A DNA stretch of 64,000 nucleotides, from NCBI GenBank assembly GCA_965198065.1, contig CBDAON010000004.1, positions 1,216,001 through 1,280,000 of the forward strand. Reading direction: 5' to 3'. A program made the translations under genes and the position numbers. Below, in pieces: positions 19,299 to 29,099 of the stretch. Position 1 is the stretch's first letter. Each line of letters begins with the position of its first letter. This DNA comes from Longimicrobiales bacterium (GTDB lineage Bacteria; Gemmatimonadota; Gemmatimonadetes; Longimicrobiales; Gaopeijiaceae). A model generated the notes under the pieces. The model had not been told where the DNA came from, did not search any database, and was given only the letters and a program-made list of their open reading frames with translations.

Positions 19299-19832
19299 TC
19301 ACCTGTCCGACGCGGCCACGAACGTCGTCGAGGGCTCCAGCCGCATCGTGATGCGTTGCTGTTCCTCGCTCGTCAGATGGGACGACATGGCTAGGCGCTG
19401 CGCACGCTCGTAGAAGCGCAGCGCCGACGGCACGTTCTCGAGCTCCACTTCCACGTACGTGGCGTCGATGAGAGCGTGGGCGGCCACCTCGACCTCGCCG
19501 AACTCGGTGGCCCGATCGACTAGCTCGACCAGCGTGCTCCTCGCCGCCCCGAACTTCTCTACGTTGCCGTAGATGGTCCCCGCCGTCTGGAGGTCAATGA
19601 GCGCGATCGGGTCGTTTCCCGGCCGAAGACGTGAAGCCTTCCGGAGCAGGAACGCCGCGCGCGTCCACTGTCCGGGGTCGCTCTTCGGGATCTCGGCTCC
19701 CCTCTCCAGCTCGATGGCCTGCGGGATGTCCACGTGCGGGCTGGGCTCCCACATCTGGGCCTGGGTGCTGCGGGTGGTCACGGTCCACACGGTGGCCGCG
19801 ATCACGACGGAGGTGAAGATGCTGTACCTCAT
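19299..19832 (-). CDS. Secreted helical hypothetical protein
   Basis: Signal peptide ending AQ; GAGGAGG RBS; TPR-like helices. Confidence 0.7.
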   Translation of the reverse strand: MRYSIFTSVVIAATVWTVTTRSTQAQMWEPSPHVDIPQAIELERGAEIPKSDPGQWTRAAFLLRKASRLRPGNDPIALIDLQTAGTIYGNVEKFGAARSTLVELVDRATEFGEVEVAAHALIDATYVEVELENVPSALRFYERAQRLAMSSHLTSEEQQRITMRLEPSTTFVAASDR

Positions 19833-19912
19833 GGGACCCTCCTCAAACAGATGGTGAGACATGACGCGGATGCTCGTTCATCCGCGATGGGTCCCAGGTT
19901 AAGAGGGGGATC

Positions 19913-19941
19913 TCAGATGGCGATCAGACGCAGATCAGACG
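19913..19941. promoter_or_regulatory. Three direct repeats with 11-bp period, a candidate winged-helix response-regulator site
   Basis: TCAGA(T/C)G at 19913, 19924 and 19935. Confidence 0.5.
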
Positions 19942-20137
19942 GACGGGGATCGAAGTGGCGCGGGCCCCGAACACGTGGCCCAGGATGCCTCCAAACGGAG
20001 GAGCTCGGCCTCCAAACGCCCGCGTGCCCGGCAGTTAGTACGTGCCCGAGGCGCCTAGCGGCAGCTACCGCCGTCCGGTCCATTCGTGATTATCCCGTTG
20101 ACGCACGGCGGAGAAGTCATTACCTTTCATTCATAGA

Positions 20138-20287
20138 CTATGTAACCCGTTTCACTGCTTTGGCTTCAGCGTCTGCCGCCGCGACGATGCGCTTGCCGAA
20201 AAGCGTCTCCATAATCTCGCGGTCCGTCTTGTCCTGGATGTTCCGGGGTACCGTCCGCCGTCGCTTCTTCTTGGGAGATTGAGCCAT
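20138..20287 (-). CDS. Small IS1595-associated antisense protein (49 aa)
   Basis: MAQSPKKKRRR...EIMETLFGKR; homologous to 4834-5043. Confidence 0.6.
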   Translation of the reverse strand: MAQSPKKKRRRTVPRNIQDKTDREIMETLFGKRIVAAADAEAKAVKRVT

Positions 20288-21185
20288 GGGTCGTAAGATC
20301 AGCCTGTTGACGCTAATGGATCGGTACAACGACGATGCGAAGTGCCGAGACACCCTGGAGTCGATCCGCTGGCCGGTCGGCGTGGCCTGCCTCCGGTGCG
20401 GTGACATGGACGTGGGCGAGATCGAGAGCCGCGATCAGTATTGCTGCCGTTCATGCGACTACCGTTTCAGCGTGACGGTCGGAACGATCATGCACGATTC
20501 CCACCTGCCGCTCCGCATATGGTTCCTCGCCATCTACCTCATGTGCGAGAGCAAAAAGGGAATGAGTGCCCATCAGTTGTGGCGCACCCTCGGGCTCGGC
20601 TCCTACAAGACGGCCTGGTACCTGTGCCATCGCATCCGCGAGGCGATGGGCAACGACCCGCTCACCGGCCCCACGCTCGTCGGTGTCGTGGAAGTCGATG
20701 AGACACTCGTGGGCGGCAAGACGAAGGGTAAGGGACGCGCCTACAAGGGCAACAAGCACTGGGTGGCCGGAGCAATCCAGCGCGGCGGCCGCATCCGTCT
20801 CGAGCGCATCCCCAACGTGAGGAGTGACACCCTGCATTCCTTCATCCGCCGCACCGTCAGGGACGAGGCCGAGGCGATCTACACCGACGACCTCAAGAGC
20901 TACATCGGGATCGGCGACTCCGACACCCGCCATGAAACCGTGAACCACAGTGCCGAGCAATGGGTGATCGGCGACGTCCACACTAACAGCATCGAAGGCG
21001 TATGGAGCCTGTTCAAGCGCTCTATCGTAGGCACCTTCCACAAGATGAGCATCAAGCATATGGATCGCTACCTGGAAGAGCTGGAATGGCGGTTCAACAA
21101 CCGCGACAACCCGTACATCTTCCGCGACACGCTCCGCCGGATCATGCACACCGATAACCTCACTTATCGGGAGCTGGTGGCCTAG
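20286..21185 (+). CDS. IS1595-family transposase
   Basis: Zinc ribbon, GTIMHDSH, VEVDET, HTNSIEGVWS, YLEELEWRFNNR. Confidence 0.96.
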   Translation: MGRKISLLTLMDRYNDDAKCRDTLESIRWPVGVACLRCGDMDVGEIESRDQYCCRSCDYRFSVTVGTIMHDSHLPLRIWFLAIYLMCESKKGMSAHQLWRTLGLGSYKTAWYLCHRIREAMGNDPLTGPTLVGVVEVDETLVGGKTKGKGRAYKGNKHWVAGAIQRGGRIRLERIPNVRSDTLHSFIRRTVRDEAEAIYTDDLKSYIGIGDSDTRHETVNHSAEQWVIGDVHTNSIEGVWSLFKRSIVGTFHKMSIKHMDRYLEELEWRFNNRDNPYIFRDTLRRIMHTDNLTYRELVA

Positions 21186-21200
21186 CCCTGGAAATCCGTC

Positions 21201-21660
21201 ATGCTCACTCTTCGCGCTTTCAGCTTGGTCCTCGCTCTCACTTTGAGTGGCTGCGGTGCGGTGGGCGCTGGCCTCATCGGTGGCCTCGAGGGTTATCAAC
21301 GGGGCGCGGAGCGTCGCCAGCCAGCAGTGCAGAGCTCGGCTCCAGACGTCTTCCAGCTGATAGAGATAGACCACTCCCTGCTCCCCGTGAGGCTGACAAG
21401 CGTCGGGGTCGTCGTGAACGACGGCAGCATGGAGTTCAGCCAAGATCAGGCTTGGACCATCTACCTCGAGGCCACTGTGATCGAGACCGGCGAGCGTAAC
21501 TGGTCGTCGATCTCCGGCACATGGACGCAGCCGAGCATCGACAGGGTACTCATGATACCGGACGACGGGAGCTGCATCGACGAGGGTATTCCTTGAAGGA
21601 GACTTCCTCACGATTCCCGCTGACTGTGACCTCGGAATGGAAGTGGTGTGGCAACGGTAG
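21201..21660 (+). CDS. Passenger lipoprotein (beta-rich); probable 1-nt frameshift near 21590
   Basis: LSGC lipobox; the frame stops at 21596 but the +1 frame continues LEGDFLTIPADCDLGMEVVWQR* to 21660. Confidence 0.6.
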
Positions 21661-21670
21661 GTTCATGACC

Positions 21671-22198
21671 TCATTCTATGATGATCTCCCGTTCCTCGAT
21701 CTTCTTGCCGACCCACCAGTAGAGAGTTTCGCGGCCATACTTGCCGTCACGCACTGCGTCAGGACATTGCTGCTCGAAGTCCCCCAAGTGTCTCGACACG
21801 ATGTGATACGCCCTCATCCGCTTGAGCCCCTCGCTCTTGGTCCAGGGTATATGCATGTCGGGAAGATCGCCCACCAGGGAAGATCCGCGGATCACCAGAT
21901 GGGCCTCAGGCTTATCCATCCACGTTGTTGACTTGCGGTAGGGGGGAACATCGTCCCTGTCGGTGCCGAGTCTGGCTTCCCGGTCCCTCTCCGGCCACAA
22001 CGCCAATACCAAGCCTCCGGCCCCGACCACGATGAGCCCCCAGTCCAGCGGAGTCATGCGGCTGTAAAGAAGCCGGAAGAGCGTGACCCATGACGCACCG
22101 TCTTCCATATATCCGGGGATCGACAACAGGTGCAAGCTCGGCTTGATGATGCAAACCAACGATCCAATCCCAAAGCCCATGCGCCTGCGCTTCCCCAT
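21671..22198 (-). CDS. Passenger membrane protein, hypothetical
   Basis: 175-aa ORF with N-terminal hydrophobic segments, lying inside the IRs. Confidence 0.55.
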   Translation of the reverse strand: MGKRRRMGFGIGSLVCIIKPSLHLLSIPGYMEDGASWVTLFRLLYSRMTPLDWGLIVVGAGGLVLALWPERDREARLGTDRDDVPPYRKSTTWMDKPEAHLVIRGSSLVGDLPDMHIPWTKSEGLKRMRAYHIVSRHLGDFEQQCPDAVRDGKYGRETLYWWVGKKIEEREIIIE

Positions 22199-22406
22199 GC
22201 CCGAACGCTAAACCCCCGCCTATCGTGCGTAAAGGGGATAATCACGGGTCCATTGACATGCCGTACCCATTCCGGATACTTGTGACCAGAGGTGGTCATT
22301 TGAGTGCCGTGCCCAGGCTATGGCGGAGGAGCTGACGCTCTTAGCCCGCGATCGCGTCCGCGATTACGCACGAGACGGCCTCTCGTTGCTCTGATCGTTA
22401 GCCATC

Positions 22407-23834
22407 ATGCCATCCAAGCAACCCACTCCGGCCGTTTCCTTCAGCTTCACCGTTCGGGTCTCGTATCCGAATCGCGTCGGATTCCTGGCGAAGATCACCC
22501 GTCACATCAGTCGGGCCGGGGGCGACCTGGGCGCGGTCGACGTGATTGCGTCCGATCGCAAGCGGATGACCAGGGACTTCACTGTTCAGGGCCGGGACGA
22601 GGCCCACGTGGAGGAGGTTCTCCAGGCGATCCGGGACGTCGACGAGGTCGAGGTCGTCCACTTCTCCGACCGGGTCTTCCTACTCCACCTGGGAGGGAAG
22701 ATCTCGGTTCGGAGCAAGGTGCCGATCACGACGCGTGACATCCTCTCGATGGCATACACGCCCGGTGTGGCGCGCGTATGCGAGGCTATCACACGCGACC
22801 CGGAGAGTGCCTACCAGCTCACGATCAAGGGGAACTCGGTGGCCGTCGTGACGGACGGTACGGCGGTCCTCGGCCTGGGTGACATCGGCCCGGCGGCGGC
22901 GATGCCTGTCATGGAAGGGAAGGTGATGCTCTTCAAGGAGTTCGCGGACATCGACGCCTATCCGATCTGCCTGGACACAAAGGATCCCGACGAAATCGTG
23001 GAGACGGTGGCCCGCCTGGCCCCGGGCTTCGGGGGGATCAACCTGGAGGACATCTCGGCCCCGCGCTGCTTCGAGATCGAGGCGCGGCTTCGCGAGCGGC
23101 TGGACATCCCGGTGTTCCATGACGACCAGCATGGAACGGCGGTCGTCGTGCTGGCCGCCCTTCTGAACGGCGGGCGCCTCGTCGAGCGCCCGATCGACCA
23201 GATGCGCGTGGCCGTGCTCGGCTCCGGGGCTGCCGGTGTGGCGATCGTGAAGATCCTCCTCTCGGCTGGCGGTCGGGAGATTCTCGTTTGCGACAGAGAG
23301 GGGATCCTTCATCCGGGCCGTGCGGACGGCGTAACCGCAAGCAAGCGCTGGCTGATCGAGAACACGAACCCCGGAGGGGAGGAGGGCAAGCTGAAGCAGG
23401 CGTGCACAGGCGCGCATGCCTTCATTGGCGTGTCCGGTCCGGGCACTCTACCGCTTCAGGCGCTCAAGTGCATGGCGCCGGACCCGCTCGTGTTCGCGCT
23501 GGCCAACCCCGTTCCCGAGATCATGCCGGAGGAAGCGGAGGGGCACGTGGCGGTGATGGCCACCGGTCGGAGCGACTATCCGAACCAGATCAACAACGCG
23601 CTCGCCTTCCCGGGGATTTTCCGTGGAGCGCTGGACGTCCGCGCGAGCAGTATCACCGAGGACATGAAGGTGGCGGCGGCCCGGGCCATCGCGGCCTGCG
23701 TTCCCGAAGAAGCCCTCGGCCCCGAGCTCGTCATCCCGAGCGTCTTAGACCGGAGCGTGGTCGAGCGGGTTACCGCCGCCGTGGCGGAGGCCGCGGTCGG
23801 GGACGGGGTCGCGAGGCGGCCGCCAAAGCGGTAA
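22407..23834 (+). CDS. NAD(P)-dependent malic enzyme with an N-terminal ACT domain
   Basis: [51 protein letters not shown]. Confidence 0.96.
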   Translation: MPSKQPTPAVSFSFTVRVSYPNRVGFLAKITRHISRAGGDLGAVDVIASDRKRMTRDFTVQGRDEAHVEEVLQAIRDVDEVEVVHFSDRVFLLHLGGKISVRSKVPITTRDILSMAYTPGVARVCEAITRDPESAYQLTIKGNSVAVVTDGTAVLGLGDIGPAAAMPVMEGKVMLFKEFADIDAYPICLDTKDPDEIVETVARLAPGFGGINLEDISAPRCFEIEARLRERLDIPVFHDDQHGTAVVVLAALLNGGRLVERPIDQMRVAVLGSGAAGVAIVKILLSAGGREILVCDREGILHPGRADGVTASKRWLIENTNPGGEEGKLKQACTGAHAFIGVSGPGTLPLQALKCMAPDPLVFALANPVPEIMPEEAEGHVAVMATGRSDYPNQINNALAFPGIFRGALDVRASSITEDMKVAAARAIAACVPEEALGPELVIPSVLDRSVVERVTAAVAEAAVGDGVARRPPKR

Positions 23835-23857
23835 CGCAGGCGGACCGCGTCGTCCGC

Positions 23858-24462
23858 TCAGCCGCCGACGAGCACCGTGAGGCCGGCGTAGACGTAAATG
23901 CCGCGGTTCTTCCCCGAAGTGGTCTCGAAGATGTCGGTGAGCCCAAGATCGTAACCCACGCCCACCGCCAGGAATCGACTGGCGGAGAGCTCGAAGCCCA
24001 GCCCCACATCGCCGAGCCGAAGTCGAGCGACTTCTCCTCGTCTTCGGGACAATCCACCGAGCCGCCGCCGCTCTCTTCGAACTCGCAGGAGAGCTGGAAC
24101 GAGACCCGCGGACCGGCGCTGACGCTGAAGGTCGTGGTGCCCGCCAGGGGGAAGCCCGCGCTGAGGAAGACCGGGACGTCGATATAGGTGAGCTGGCCCT
24201 CTCCGTCGGGTTCCTTCCATCCGCGTTGTGTGTACCCGACGAAGGGTGCGAGCGCGACAGTCTCACCGGATACGGGAATGGCCGTGCCTACGGCCACGAA
24301 GAACCCGGTCTCCGATTCGACGTCGTCGCCCACGTCGTCGCCGGAGATCGTAGCGAAGACAGGCCCGGCGGCGAACGTCAGAGGGAACTGCGCTTCAGCA
24401 GGTGCTGCGGGGAGCGTGAGCCCCAGGAGGCATGCGGTGGCGGCCGAACATCGGGTCTTCAT
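23858..24462 (-). pseudogene. Outer-membrane beta-barrel (porin-family) protein, frameshifted near 24015
   Basis: Signal peptide, YIDVPV, AGP.VSF; the C-terminus (YDLGLTDI...KNRGIYVYAG) lies in another frame. Confidence 0.75.
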
Positions 24463-24530
24463 GATGAGATCTCAACTGTGATGGGTTTCGTGGGCGTGAC
24501 GAAGCCGGAACACGCGCTCCAACGAATCAC

Positions 24531-25381
24531 CTACCTGGTCATGGCCCACACCGCGACGTTGATGCCGAGCGCGTACGCCTGCCACGCAAAGGCCTCGAAG
24601 TACGCGTAGAGGTCATCCTCCCGCTCGAAGCCGTCGGCAATGTCCGTGTTGTGGGTCATGAACACGAGCATCCGCCCGCTCTCGTCGAAGATCGCCCGCG
24701 CGTGCGGAGTGGCGTACTCGGGCCCCGGGAACTCGGCGGTCGGCATGCCCGGGCGCCAGCGGTTCAGGGAGGGGATCTGCGGGAGTTCGGGAACATGGTA
24801 GACGAGCGAGAACAGGGGATGGTCGATCGGTAGGTCGACTACGGCGTACTCGGGAAGTATTCGGTCGATCTCGCCCATCCAGTGGTACCAGGGCCCGTCT
24901 CCCCAGAAGTCGTCCGCCCAGAGGAACCCGCCCTTGAGCAGGTACTGGCGGAGCGCCTCGGCCTCGGCGTCGGAAAACCCGGCGCTGCCATGACCAGCCA
25001 CGGGCATTGAAAGAGCTCCGGGTCGCTCGCTCTGACCACCGTATGACCCATGCCGCCACTTCGTCCATCGCGCCAGTAGGCAATTTCGGTTGTGGTGAGC
25101 TGAGAGATCCGCGTCATAAAGTTGATGTCGGCTCGAGGATATTCGATCGACCATCCCGAAGCGCTGGGGTCGTACGCCGTGGTCGCGTACATCAGGCGAC
25201 ACACGAAGAACTCCCCGGGAACGTCGGGGAGGCCCCAGAGCACGGCTGCGGGGTTGTCGTTCCGGCGACCTCTGAAGCCGAACTGCGCGGAAGCCGGGTA
25301 TGCCGAAAGAAGGAGAAGAACGGCTGCGAGCGTCAGGGCGCCGGAGGACGCTGAGGCACGGTAGCTCAGGAGTCGCCTCAC
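24531..25381 (-). pseudogene. DUF4159-domain protein, frameshifted near 24980
   Basis: W.IEYPRADIN... and EAEALRQYLLKGGFLWADDFWG...NTDIADG lie in two frames. Confidence 0.82.
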
Positions 25382-25710
25382 TGGCGCGGCGTGACGCGGC
25401 CCGAGATCACGAGCTCGACCGGATATCCCTCGACCCGGGCCGGGATCGCGAGGTCGGACGCAGGTACGCTGCCCGAGAGCAGCACCCGGATGCACGGCTC
25501 CCCGTCGCACATCGCGATCCCCGTGCCCACGACGCCGTCGAGGGTCATCCACGCGGGTGTGTGCGTCTCGAGGACTTCCTCGATCGTCCTGCCCACGATC
25601 TCTTGCTCCTCCGTGGGGGGCGAGCGAGGGGGAAAGCAACCGCTCGGCGAGATCGCCGCGAGCGTCACCCCGAGCGCGAGGGCTCCACGCAGCCTCGGGG
25701 CGATCACCAC
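25378..25710 (-). CDS. Small putative lipoprotein resembling a standalone protease pro-domain
   Basis: Hydrophobic leader plus SGC; EEVLETHT..WM.LDGVVGTGI....GEPCIRV.......IPARVEGYPV. Confidence 0.6.
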   Translation of the reverse strand: MVIAPRLRGALALGVTLAAISPSGCFPPRSPPTEEQEIVGRTIEEVLETHTPAWMTLDGVVGTGIAMCDGEPCIRVLLSGSVPASDLAIPARVEGYPVELVISGRVTPRQ

Positions 25711-25712
25711 CG

Positions 25713-26390
25713 TCAGAAGATGACCGTCACCTCGTCTGAGCACGTCGCGGAGCCGGCCTCGCATACCTGATACGTGTAGCTTCCGCCCCCACGCTGATCG
25801 ATGTTGTCCGTGTAGGCGCCCGTGTTGGCAACGGTGACGAGCGCGCTTCCCTCCCTCGTGATGTCCACCTGCGCGGTGCCGGCACCCGACCAGGTCAAGT
25901 CGACCTTCTGCATGCCACGGACCTTGTACCCATTGGCGGCGAGCGAGATCGCCGGCTCGGGATCGGGGTCCGGATCCGGCGGCGGCTCGACTTCCGGGAC
26001 GGTCGGATCGATGGTCACCCCGAAACGGTCGAGCACGGCCGCGATCGGCGTGGCGATCGTATGGGAGGAGTTCCCGGCGAAGAGGAGCGCGGTCGGGCTC
26101 TTCGCCCCGTCGTCCGTCACGATGAGCGACCCGGAGTCTCTCCCGCACTGAACGTTCCGGGCACGATCGAGATCTGGTCCGTGAAGATCGCGGCCTGCTT
26201 GCAGCGGAACGGCCCCTGAGGCTGGTAGCAGATGCTTACCGTTACGTTGACTAGGTCGACGGTGCCAGTCGTGTGGCCCGTCGTTCGGCCGTACTTCTGG
26301 ACCCCGGCGTTCAACCCGGGCGCCACCGGACTGATGCCCGGCGCTCCGTAGCCCTCGTCCGGGGGCGTGGACCCGCTCACCGCGTCCGCC
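25713..26390 (-). pseudogene. Trypsin-like (S1/NAL1-like) serine protease, 5'-truncated and frameshifted at the GDSGS motif
   Basis: VQKYGRTTGHTTG...FSAG|DSGSLIV...LLFAG, then a PD linker and a C-terminal Ig/FN3-like domain. Confidence 0.78.
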
Positions 26391-26562
26391 GGTGAAAACC
26401 TACGTCTGTCAACGGGGCCCGCAAGGCCGCGGATGCGCAGGTCGAAACCGGGGAGGTCACCCAAGACGGTGCGCCCGTTCCCAGCCCGAACCAGCGCGCG
26501 CTTAACGGAACTCGCGTCTCCCCGATCTACTCCTTCAGAGACGTGAAGGTGTCGGAACAGCA

Positions 26563-27441
26563 ATGGGAGTGACGATCATGAGAACAGTCGTTGGGGTGAC
26601 CGCCGCATGGCTCGCGCTTGCAAGCACTGCCTGCGAAGAGATCCCCGTTGCGCCAGCCGATGAGGCGGACCTGCAGTCGCAGGCCGCCGAGGCCCTCGTT
26701 CAGGAGACCCCGCCCTTCCCCTTTGCCGGACCACGTATCCTCGCTTTGCGCGAGCAGCTCGAGCTGACGCCGGAGCAGGTCACGGAGATCGAGGGAGTCC
26801 TGGCCGATCTACAGAGCGCTTCCGCGCCCATACTCGAGGCGCTGCGGCCACGGGAGTCGGATGGAACCGGCCCGCGGGGCCGGCGCGGGTGGGACGCGGA
26901 AAACGCCGACGCGCTCGAGGAGCTCCGCGAGCTCCGGGAGACCGCCGCGGCTCGAATCGGTGAGGTGCTGACGGACGAACAGCATCAGCTGCTCGACGAC
27001 CTCGCACCACGGGGGGCCGGTGCCCGGTTCGACGGGCCACGGGGACCTGGCGCGGATCGTCCGTTCGGTAGCCCCCGGCCGGGTATCGAGCGGATCCTGA
27101 GGCTTCAGGATGAGCTCGGGCTCAGCGCCGATCAGGCCGCCGCTCTGGAATCGATCCTGGAGGAGCTCCGGGCCCGGAACGAGCCCCTGATCGAGCAGCT
27201 CCGGAGTGAGGTCGAGGAGCTTAGAGGCGACATCGGTTCGGGCGGCCGGAGAGGCCCGTTCCGACCGGACAGCCCGGCCGCGGAAGAGCTTTGGCGGAAC
27301 ACGGAGGCGGCGCTGACGGAGGCGCGAGGCGTCCTCACCGACGCCCAGCTCGAGCTCTTCCGATCGCTCCAGGAGGAACGACCGTTCCAGCCTCGCCGCC
27401 GACCTTCCGGCGCTCCGCGTTCGTTCGACGCCCGCCCATAG
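26563..27441 (+). CDS. Spy/CpxP-like periplasmic lipoprotein with two repeated helical units
   Basis: LELTPEQ...VLTDEQ and LGLSADQ...VLTDAQ motif pairs; STAC lipobox. Confidence 0.8.
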   Translation: MGVTIMRTVVGVTAAWLALASTACEEIPVAPADEADLQSQAAEALVQETPPFPFAGPRILALREQLELTPEQVTEIEGVLADLQSASAPILEALRPRESDGTGPRGRRGWDAENADALEELRELRETAAARIGEVLTDEQHQLLDDLAPRGAGARFDGPRGPGADRPFGSPRPGIERILRLQDELGLSADQAAALESILEELRARNEPLIEQLRSEVEELRGDIGSGGRRGPFRPDSPAAEELWRNTEAALTEARGVLTDAQLELFRSLQEERPFQPRRRPSGAPRSFDARP

Positions 27442-27653
27442 ACATCCTCTGTCGCTTCCGTCGAGGCTGGACGTGGCCTCGGTCCCAGCTGGCGGATCGG
27501 GGCCCCCTCCTTTAGTGGCCGCCGTGTTCCGGGGCACGGCTTGTTCCGTGACCCGGCGCGGTGGACCTTTCGAGGCGGGGGACTTCTGGGGGCGTGCCTC
27601 CGGCGCGCGCAGTCGTAACCTCGCGTCGCATAGAGATTCTCGGATAGAGACTC

Positions 27654-29030
27654 ATGGACGTCACCGCGCTGCTCCTCGGCCTCGTGTTGGGCCTGGTCGC
27701 TGGGCTCCTGGGGGGGTGGCTCCTCCTCGAGCGGAGCATCGTCGGCCCGGCGCGCAAGCGGGGGGAGCGACTCGAGGCGACGCTCGACTCGGAGGTGGGC
27801 AGGAGCCGGGAGCTCGAGCGGGAGCTGGAGGGGCTCCGCGTTCAGCTGAGAGAGCAGGAGCGGTCGGTTGCCGAAAAGCTCGAGCTCCTCGACGACGCCG
27901 AGCAGCGACTTTCGAACACCTTCAAGGCGCTCGCGGCCGACACGCTCAAGGGAAGCGGAGAGTCGTTCCTGAAGCTGGCTCAGCTTCAGCTCGAGAAGTA
28001 CCAGGACCAGGCGAGGTCGGACCTCGACCAGAGAAAGCGGTCGATCGACGAGCTCGTGAAGCCGATCGCGGACGGGTTGACGAAAGTCGACCGGAAGATC
28101 GAGGAGGTGGAAAAGGCCCGGCTGGAGGCCTACGGCGAGCTGGTGGCGCAGATCCGTGGCCTGGGCGAAACGCAGCAGCGCCTGCACGGCGAGACGGAAA
28201 AGCTCGTCCGGGCCCTTCGCACGCCGTCGGTCCGCGGACGCTGGGGCGAGATCCAGCTCCGGCGCGTGGTCGAGATCGCCGGCATGGTCCAGCACTGCGA
28301 TTTCGTGGTCCAGGAGTCTGTCGAGACCGAGGGCGGCGTGCGGCGTCCGGACATGACGATCCGTCTGCCGAACAATCGGTTCGTCGTGGTCGATTCGAAG
28401 GTTCCTCTTGACCAATACCTGAATAGCCTGGAGACCGAGGACGGCGACCTGCGGCGGCAGCACCTCCAGGAGCACGCGAAGCAGCTCCGGCGCCACATCC
28501 AGGAGCTGGCGGGGAAGAGCTACTGGGATCGCCTGGAGGCCACGCCTGAGTTCGTCGTTCTGTTCCTTCCCGGTGAGGCGTTCTTCGCCGCGGCTCTGGA
28601 GCAGGATCCGACGCTGATTGAGTACGGGGTGGATCAGCGGGTCATCCTATCGACACCGACCACGCTGATCGCGCTGCTCAAGGCGGTCGCGTACGGGTGG
28701 AAGCAGGAGCAGGTCGCCCAGAGCGCGGCGGAGATCGCCGACCTGGGCCGCCAGCTCTACGATCGCGTCCGCAGCTTCACGACCCATTTGCAGAGCACGG
28801 GGGACGCGCTGTCCAGCGCGGTCCGCGCCTATAACCAGGCCGTGGGCTCGTTCGAGACCCGGCTGCTCGTGAGCGCACGTCGCCTGCGCGAGTTGGGTGT
28901 GGCATCTGGGGACGAGGTCACGGGTGTGACGGGGATCGAGCGGGCGACCCGGGCGATCTCCTCGCCCGACGCCCTCACGTCCCCCGAGCAGGGAGATGTC
29001 TTCGGAAATGCCGATGATCCGGGGGCGTGA
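27654..29030 (+). CDS. rmuC: DNA recombination protein RmuC
   Basis: RGRWGEIQL, RPD, VDSKVP, PEFVVLFLPGE, PTTLIALLK. Confidence 0.96.
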   Translation: MDVTALLLGLVLGLVAGLLGGWLLLERSIVGPARKRGERLEATLDSEVGRSRELERELEGLRVQLREQERSVAEKLELLDDAEQRLSNTFKALAADTLKGSGESFLKLAQLQLEKYQDQARSDLDQRKRSIDELVKPIADGLTKVDRKIEEVEKARLEAYGELVAQIRGLGETQQRLHGETEKLVRALRTPSVRGRWGEIQLRRVVEIAGMVQHCDFVVQESVETEGGVRRPDMTIRLPNNRFVVVDSKVPLDQYLNSLETEDGDLRRQHLQEHAKQLRRHIQELAGKSYWDRLEATPEFVVLFLPGEAFFAAALEQDPTLIEYGVDQRVILSTPTTLIALLKAVAYGWKQEQVAQSAAEIADLGRQLYDRVRSFTTHLQSTGDALSSAVRAYNQAVGSFETRLLVSARRLRELGVASGDEVTGVTGIERATRAISSPDALTSPEQGDVFGNADDPGA

Positions 29031-29099
29031 GGACGACGACCGGTATCGGACACCTTCTTGATCGGGGAGCGGGTTGGATCCCCCACCCTCGTGATCGGT

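Larger units (their letters stand above)
20085..22246 (+). mobile_element. Complete IS1595-family transporter IS (2162 bp) with passenger genes
   Basis: 23-bp IRs, 21/23 identical (CGTGATTATCCCGTTGACGCACG); 8-bp TSD GGTCCATT at 20077-20084 and 22247-22254; promoter TTGACG-N17-TACCTT (20098-20126). Confidence 0.95.
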
